In this document: one piece after another, positions 62,937 through 64,000 of the stretch
How the letters are laid out: every line of letters starts with the position of its first letter
Numbering within the stretch: position 1 is the first letter of the stretch
NCBI GenBank assembly: GCA_946965045.2
Contig: OX337234.1
Location: forward strand, 1,674,001 to 1,738,000
Origin: Epithemia pelagica
Taxonomy: Eukaryota; Protista; Bacillariophyta
Direction: 5' to 3'
DNA length: 64,000 nt
Position numbers and translations under genes: made by a program
The notes under the pieces: model-generated
Told to the model about the DNA's origin: nothing
Databases searched by the model: none
What the model saw: only the letters and a program-made list of their open reading frames with translations

Positions 62937-63320
62937 CAGTACCCACTTCTCCGTAACATTCTTTTTTCACATATCTTTGATGACGGCCGGCTTTGTGACG
63001 TTGTCCAATCCTTTATGTCCAAATTTCCAAAGCACAAACTTGGTTACACTGGACCAAGTCTTATGATTCGTCTTTTCCATTCCATCATAGACAATAGTCC
63101 ATTTCTCATGGAGTATTACTTGCAATATGAGCATTTTGTTCTAAGGAGCATATAGTAAAGGTCCAGGAGGATATCCAGACATTCGTGAAAGATATGCCAC
63201 TGATTGCCGAAGAACTAAAGGAAATATGGGCGAAGTCAGAAGTTATAATCCAACTGAACTCAAGAGAAGTATCAGGATGAGCACTACCTATATAGTAAGA
63301 AAGGGGAGTTTAGAGTACCC

Positions 63321-63396
63321 CGGGTATGGTACAGTGGTAGTAGATGACTGGCCTTAGGTCAAGGCACTGGGTTCGATTCCCGGTTGCCCACTTTTT
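63321..63396 (+). tRNA. Degenerate tRNA gene or tRNA-derived SINE head
   Basis: A-box-like TGGTACAGTGGTAG, T arm CTGGG-TTCGATT-CCCGG, partial acceptor pairing GGGTA/TGCCC, followed by CTTTTT. Anticodon loop is non-canonical. Confidence 0.5.
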
Positions 63397-64000
63397 AAGG
63401 GTATTTCTAGACTATTCTAGCCTAGCTATGTCGTGTATGTTCATTCCTGCTGTTAAGAAGCAGCCTACACTCTGTACACTTCGACCTTAGAACCGCTACC
63501 AAAGCCCAACGAAAGGAATATGCGAGGGTGGCGGCTGCCAAAGAGAGGAGGCAAACAGGCCGAGTGGGCCCCGAATTTACAGAGCAGGAGAAAAATTTGC
63601 TTGAGACGTCGTTGGATAGTGCCGAGGGAGGGAGCCCATCGAAGCGATGTCGGGTAAGTTTGCCGAAAAAGAAAAAGGCACCCCCAAAAAGTCCGGCAAT
63701 GGAGAAGACAGAGAAAGGGAAGGGTGGCACGACGGTCGTGGATGTGACTGTGGTGGCGAGACGATTCGACCGGTCGGACTATCAAGGGCAACTCACGCGG
63801 GTTGGACAACGAAAGTGAGTAGACTCAGGCAGAGGACACTGTGAGCTACAGATATGATGGGGAACGAGATAAGGGAGATGGAGGAATTGATTGCGGAATT
63901 TAACCATATGGCCGGGAGGCAGGCGGAGATAGTGGAGGTGATGGAAAAACTGGGGCGGATGGCAGAACAACAGGTGGAGATTGCAGACCGACTGAACCAG

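Overview
Repeat-dense eukaryotic window, most consistent with diatom heterochromatin (CoDi-like Ty1/copia families, short GT-AG introns). This assignment is inferred from motif recognition; no database search was run. No intact host gene is recognisable. Most of the window is a mosaic of short, decayed fragments of copia, gypsy, DIRS-like, LINE, piggyBac, PIF/Harbinger, hAT and Tc1/mariner elements. Two elements are nearly or fully complete. (1) A ~6.08 kb Crypton-like tyrosine-recombinase transposon (15127-21202) carries a 7-exon recombinase gene. It is bounded by an exact 11-bp direct repeat (TCGCCAAATGT) and by two same-strand arrays of TGTATC(G) motifs. (2) An intact, very young 8384-bp copia element (45822-54205, minus strand) has 783-bp LTRs that look identical, an 1895-aa gag-pol, an extra 259-aa upstream ORF and a PBS matching a tRNA-Asn(GUU) anticodon half. 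It sits between 715-bp and 1128-bp perfect (GTT)n tracts with a GTTGT target duplication.
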